A stretch of 53,847 bases of DNA, counting the filler, from Asterionella formosa (lineage: Eukaryota): NCBI GenBank assembly GCA_002256025.1. It is 4 parts of 4 records of this genome, joined end to end, with 100 filler letters (N's around TTAATTAATTAA, not from the genome) between each part and the next. Parts side by side here need not be neighbours in the genome. Positions count along the whole stretch, not along the records: positions 40,461 to 53,847 come from NKIB01006738.1; 3 more parts are not named here. One strand, 5' to 3'. The position numbers were made by a program, and so were the translations under genes. Within the stretch, counting starts at the first letter, position 1. Every line of letters starts with the position of its first letter. Below, piece by piece: positions 48,728 to 53,847 of this stretch. The notes below the pieces were generated by a model. That model saw only the letters and a program-made list of their open reading frames with translations, did no database searches and had not been told where the DNA came from.

Positions 48728-49742
48728 TCACACTTGATACATTTCTCGCTCTTGTCCATCTGCTGGGTCAGGTAGCATATTTCCTGGCGATTTCCAATAA
48801 GTATAATTTCCACCATAATGCAACACGAACCGTAATCCAAAGTAGTGATTGTCTCCAACTTGGGCGGTTGGGACGTACGAGCAAAGTTTAGGAACACGCA
48901 AACATGTAGATTGTGCGACTGTTTGGTCTTCGCCAATAAACATATTGCGTTCTAAGAATCCTTTTATCGTTGCAATGTATTCTTGGTGCCATTGCTTCCA
49001 TGTATCTCGATAGGCTGCCATTTGTGAACCAGAATGGTAAAAGTTTTCCTTTTGCGAGTACTTGTTATTCCACCAAATGTACCGTGGTACTTTTGTTTCA
49101 TGGTGTGCCATTTGGAGGGTGGTCGTCTCTGGAACGACTTCATAGTGCACCATCATTGTTTTTCCGTTGTACTTGTCATTTCGAAAGCATCCAATGTCTG
49201 ACCAAATATAAACGTGTGATTGAAAGTAATCTTTCTTTATCGCATCTGTAACGAACCAAGATTTGGACAACCAAATCCAAAACAACTGGTACGATCTGTG
49301 AATTTGTCGTTCAGGATCTTGCTGCAATTGTCCTTCCCAAAATTGCGCACTGTATTCCTTTGCCAAGGGCAAGTCTGTCATGTCCATCCCAATCACCACT
49401 GTCCTGTCCCGTGCATGGGATCTATGTGTTTCCATATGTGCCACTAAATCATGAGATGTATAAATGACCATGCTGTCTTGGAGAGACAACATGTTGGCCA
49501 TCCATTTGTTGTAATGTTCCTTTGGGAATTTTGACGCGAGTGAAAAGTAAGCCGTCACGATGGTTGCGTTGCTTTGTGGTCGTACTAGCTGCTGTTGCTG
49601 TTGTGTTGTCATGCCAATCGGATCATTTCTATTCGACACGGTTTCGTTCAACGTGACCGATTTGTAATGGGTTGACACCATGGAACTCGTGCCAATGACA
49701 ACAAACAGAACGAAGGTCAAACCTAAAGCTTGGACATGTGTA
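48728..49742 (-). CDS. HtrL/YibB-like (glycosyltransferase-like) type II membrane protein, 5'-partial
   Basis: TIVTAYF, IWLSKSWFV..AIKKDYF..YIWSDIGCFR and FIGEDQ. TM segment LGLTFVLFVVIG. The frame stays open up to the gap at 49743. Confidence 0.8.
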
Positions 49743-50483
49743 NNNNNNNNNNNNNNNNNNNNNNNNNNNNNNNNNNNNNNNNNNNNNNNNNNNNNNNNNN
49801 NNNNNNNNNNNNNNNNNNNNNNNNNNNNNNNNNNNNNNNNNNNNNNNNNNNNNNNNNNNNNNNNNNNNNNNNNNNNNNNNNNNNNNNNNNNNNNNNNNNN
49901 NNNNNNNNNNNNNNNNNNNNNNNNNNNNNNNNNNNNNNNNNNNNNNNNNNNNNNNNNNNNNNNNNNNNNNNNNNNNNNNNNNNNNNNNNNNNNNNNNNNN
50001 NNNNNNNNNNNNNNNNNNNNNNNNNNNNNNNNNNNNNNNNNNNNNNNNNNNNNNNNNNNNNNNNNNNNNNNNNNNNNNNNNNNNNNNNNNNNNNNNNNNN
50101 NNNNNNNNNNNNNNNNNNNNNNNNNNNNNNNNNNNNNNNNNNNNNNNNNNNNNNNNNNNNNNNNNNNNNNNNNNNNNNNNNNNNNNNNNNNNNNNNNNNN
50201 NNNNNNNNNNNNNNNNNNNNNNNNNNNNNNNNNNNNNNNNNNNNNNNNNNNNNNNNNNNNNNNNNNNNNNNNNNNNNNNNNNNNNNNNNNNNNNNNNNNN
50301 NNNNNNNNNNNNNNNNNNNNNNNNNNNNNNNNNNNNNNNNNNNNNNNNNNTCATATGCATGAATACCTCTTATCTTTTAGAACTCCTTTTTACATAAAAC
50401 GTGATGCAGGCGGCTCTCAGTCCATTTTTAGTAAAGGGAAAATGGGCTGGCTATTATTGTTAACCAGAAACCGTCTTTAACAG

Positions 50484-50769
50484 TGACGATATTCTCAGTG
50501 GCAATACCGGAAAATAAAGGTTAAAATGTAAAACGTAAACTAAAATTATGATATAAACAGTGAAAAATGGAAATGATCTCCAATGGTCAATCCATTCCTC
50601 TCTTCCTGTAGGTTAATACTAATTCCATATGTAAATAGTGCATACGTAATCCCCGAATTGACGTGGTATGCAAACATACGTATTCCTTTTTCTCAAATTC
50701 TCAAGATCGGAACATATCCAGCTCTTCTGATCTTCCTCTATATATACTAAACCCCTAGTACTCCCCTTC
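50484..50769 (-). repeat. Putative polypurine tract (50761-50769) and 3' LTR of the adjacent copia element
   Basis: GAAGGGGAG on the minus strand about 310 bp after the RNase H stop, followed by about 277 bp starting TA (not canonical TG) and ending ..CGTCA. The 5' LTR is outside the window, so this is unconfirmed. Confidence 0.4.
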
Positions 50770-51077
50770 ATGCCATTATACGTGAGATCTTCAAGTGTGT
50801 GGGATGATCCTTTGTTTAGTGATGGAGGACTTGATCTTGTCTTTTAAGGCTTTGTTTCTGTGCAGCATCCAACAACCTTTTCAGGAATACTGACATCGCG
50901 TCGTACTTAAGTAGGTTGTTGTATTTATCCCATGAAATATTGGTAGTCAGTACATACTCGGGAGTACTTTGATTGCTGATATATAATAGATTGTTTCCTC
51001 TGGTACACAAATTGCGGTGCTGAATAAAATGTAAGCTGATCGTGGTTGCCCCTTGAACACATAGGGCTGCGTGAATG

Positions 51078-53847
51078 TTATGGGTTCCGAAACAATAATT
51101 CCTTTATCAAGGGGTGAAATTTCGCGCCAGGTAATGGTTTCGTTAATACATTGGCATAATTGTGTTCACTCTTGATGTGGTTGAACTGTATAATCCTGCC
51201 TGCTATGGCCTCCCTCACTCGACGATGGTATGCTATGGCATTATGTTTCTTTTTAGGTCCACTTGAGGGAATTGTGGTGTTCATAATAACGCTTTGGTTG
51301 TCACTTAACATCCAAGCTGGTCCATCGATCTTCACTCCAAGCATTCGTGGGTTATAACGAACTTCGATAATCAGTTCAGTTGCAATTCTAGCCGCCACTA
51401 GTTCAGTACCATATGTGGACGATTCCACCGTCTTCTGTCGTCTTGAAAGCCATTTGATGGACGTGTTATTGAAAAAGATGTGTATCCCGGTGATGGATCT
51501 CCTAGTGACCTGATCATGTGCATGATCTGCATCCACATAACATGTAACCCTTACAGTTCTTCCTTGTGGTGGGGGAATATTTGGGGGTAATTCTTCCTCC
51601 GCATCAGGATATAACTCACTCCAATCATCATTGATTGCATTGTCAAATTCACTCCAATCAAGATTGTTCGGGTCCATTGTTATGTGTCCTTTAGGGATTT
51701 TTTTCAAATATCCTAAGATTCTTTGCATGGCAACGAAATGTCCTTCGCATGGTGTCAAATCTTCCCAATGTTATCGCCCAATTACAACTTCCAACCATCC
51801 CTAGATATTTTGAAGCATCTCTAGCATCGACCAAAGGTGTATCATCAAGCTCAGGATGGTAAGAGTCATGCATTGGTGTTTTGAAGGTTTTGATTTCATA
51901 TCCAAACATTTTCTCCATTTTTTCAATCATGTTGTTTATATAGGTTCTGGCAGACATTGCGTATTTTATGCCAATCTTGTTCCATGCATCACTTAAATAC
52001 TCAATATTCCCACCCAAGTAATACTCTGGTGCTCCTATTCCCTTTAATGTGTAATCTTTTTGGATGTCCTTGATAACTGCTAGTGGATCCTTGGAAAACG
52101 CCAAGATATCATCCACATATGTAGCGATGTATTCATAATGATCTCCACAGTCTTTGATCCATAGGTCAGTATCTGCATATGATGGTCGATACCCCATGAT
52201 GGCAAGTTTGGCTGATAAATGTTCATGGAATCTTGCTGAGTTACTATGTAAACCATATAGCCCCTTTTAAATTATGAGGTTTGCGCCAGGATTTTGGAAT
52301 TCTTGTCCTGCAACAATGTACACACCTTCTCCCTTGTTTTTCCATATAAGAAGGCATTCCCAATATCAGCAGCACAAATGTCTAGGTGGTTTATGGCAGC
52401 AATTAGGAATCCCATACGAACAGTGTCCATCCCGACAACTCCTGAGTATATGTCTTCTTTGGGTGGATCGGTTCGATGTCCTCCTCCTGCAACTAGCCTT
52501 GCTTTCCTCCTTAGATCAAATTTGACGTCGAATATTATCTGGTATGGGGTTCGTTTGTACCCTGCTGGTAATTCATGTTCTGACACCTCTCGAAACGTAT
52601 TGTATTCATTGATCTGTTTCAATTCCATGTCTATGGCGGTTCTCCATAAGTTATCATGATTCATCTCATCTAGATGTAATGCATGTTTTACTGATGAAGG
52701 GACTTCCACTCCAAACTTATTTCTTGGTTCATCACGAGTTGCTTTCATGATTTGTATTATTGCATGCAAGCTTGTATTGGGTTCAAGGTATTCTTTCACC
52801 CATATCCATTCATCTAGATGGCATAACCTTTTTTGTATTGCGTATTTTATCAACACCATACTAGGGTCCTGTAACCTTATTGATTCCATTGTAACCCATC
52901 CAGTGTCTCCATTCATCCATTGTATATTTATTGGTACTGAGTTGCCTGTATGGTCATGCTTCTTGGATCTGTGGTTCTTAAGTACTTTTAAGGGTGTCCA
53001 CATGTAATCATCATACTCTTGTGTTGCCAGTTTGTCAATGTTCCGGTGATATTCTTGTAACTGTTTGATATTTTTCCTGTCATGTACTTGTTTTCCTTGT
53101 TGTTTTTCATTGCATATTTCACCTTGTGCAGTTATTTGTCGGTAGATGTCACCTTCATAGTTGCTAAAAATACTCATCTTGTTTATTTCTTCTTTGTCAT
53201 CCTGTGGGCAATTCACAGCTGTCATTATATAATGGGGATTAGGCATGCATGCGTTTCCTAATTGACTTCCTAATGTTTGGTATCTTTTGTTCCACATGTG
53301 CCACCTCCGGCCCCTTTCTCCTGTTCTCTGATTCTCCCCTGTCTCTTGCACTGTGTGTATTGGACTATCATGCATTACTTTTGGTATCTCTTGTTCTGCT
53401 TCTACCTCTTGTTCTGTATGTAATACCTTCCCTGTCTCCTGTTCTCTAACCTCCCCTGTCTCTTGTGCTGTGCGTATTGGACTCTCACACGTTATTGCTC
53501 CCCTCGAAGTCGGTATTGTAACGCCAGGTGTCCTTTTGCGCTGGCGGGAAATGGTGGGTTCGACACGGGTGGGAGTAAAGCAGGTAAGGGGGAAAGAGGA
53601 GTTGTGTTTGCTACCGCAGGGTTGGTCATGGGATTAAACTGTATGCGGTGATTGGGGTGGGCCGGGTTACATGGTCGGACAACACTGCGGTGTAGCACTT
53701 GTTGTGTATGGTCAGTGAGGATTTTGTAGGTCAGGATGTCCCCCACATTGTCTGCAATTCCAACCCAGTACCCAGGCTTTTCTTTAGTATCTGGATATAC
53801 CTCTTGGTAGTCTAAGTAATACACTTTCTCATAAAACTGGAAGTGTA
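51078..53847 (-). mobile_element. Ty1/copia (CoDi-like) retrotransposon pol, frameshifted; integrase C-terminus, RT and RNase H; runs off the window end
   Basis: EKPGYWVGIADNVGDILTY; KFGVEVP..ALHLD..NLWRTAIDMEL; IFDVKFDLRRKARLVAGG; ADIGNAFL; YIATYVDD; YVDADHAHDQVTRRSITG; TVESSTYGTELVA; KKKHNAIAYH; ANVLTKPL. Confidence 0.95.

Noticed and set aside
49629..50480. Long ORFs spanning 49743-50350
   Set aside because: They consist of X residues from the assembly gap.

Overview
Eukaryotic nuclear DNA, most likely from a diatom (inferred from short 70-100 nt GT-AG introns, a diatom-type cyclin, CoDi-like Ty1/copia elements and signal-peptide plus ASAFAP-like plastid presequences). It is a draft scaffold with four N gaps, three of which contain an artificial TTAATTAATTAA spacer. 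About 13 host genes are supported: an SGNH/GDSL hydrolase, a cyclin, a RanBP2-type zinc-finger protein, an RsmJ-like rRNA methyltransferase, an EntD-like phosphopantetheinyl transferase, an ISWI chromatin remodeller, an NAD(P)-binding protein, a twin-CX9C protein, a CCHC zinc-knuckle protein, an HtrL/YibB-like protein and three hypotheticals. The intergenic DNA is rich in repeats. It includes two broken Ty1/copia retroelements, a non-autonomous TIR element with internal 20-bp tandems, three copies of a probable tRNA-derived SINE and a pervasive palindromic GTACC(A/T)GGTAC motif. The most interesting object is a roughly 4.0-kb Kolobok-type DNA transposon at 17129-21124. It has terminal inverted repeats and a TTAA-like target site. 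It carries a decayed DDE transposase with a probable intron, and an intact second ORF resembling KolX / the P2X7 cytoplasmic ballast domain. All family assignments come from motif recognition by eye; no searches were run.
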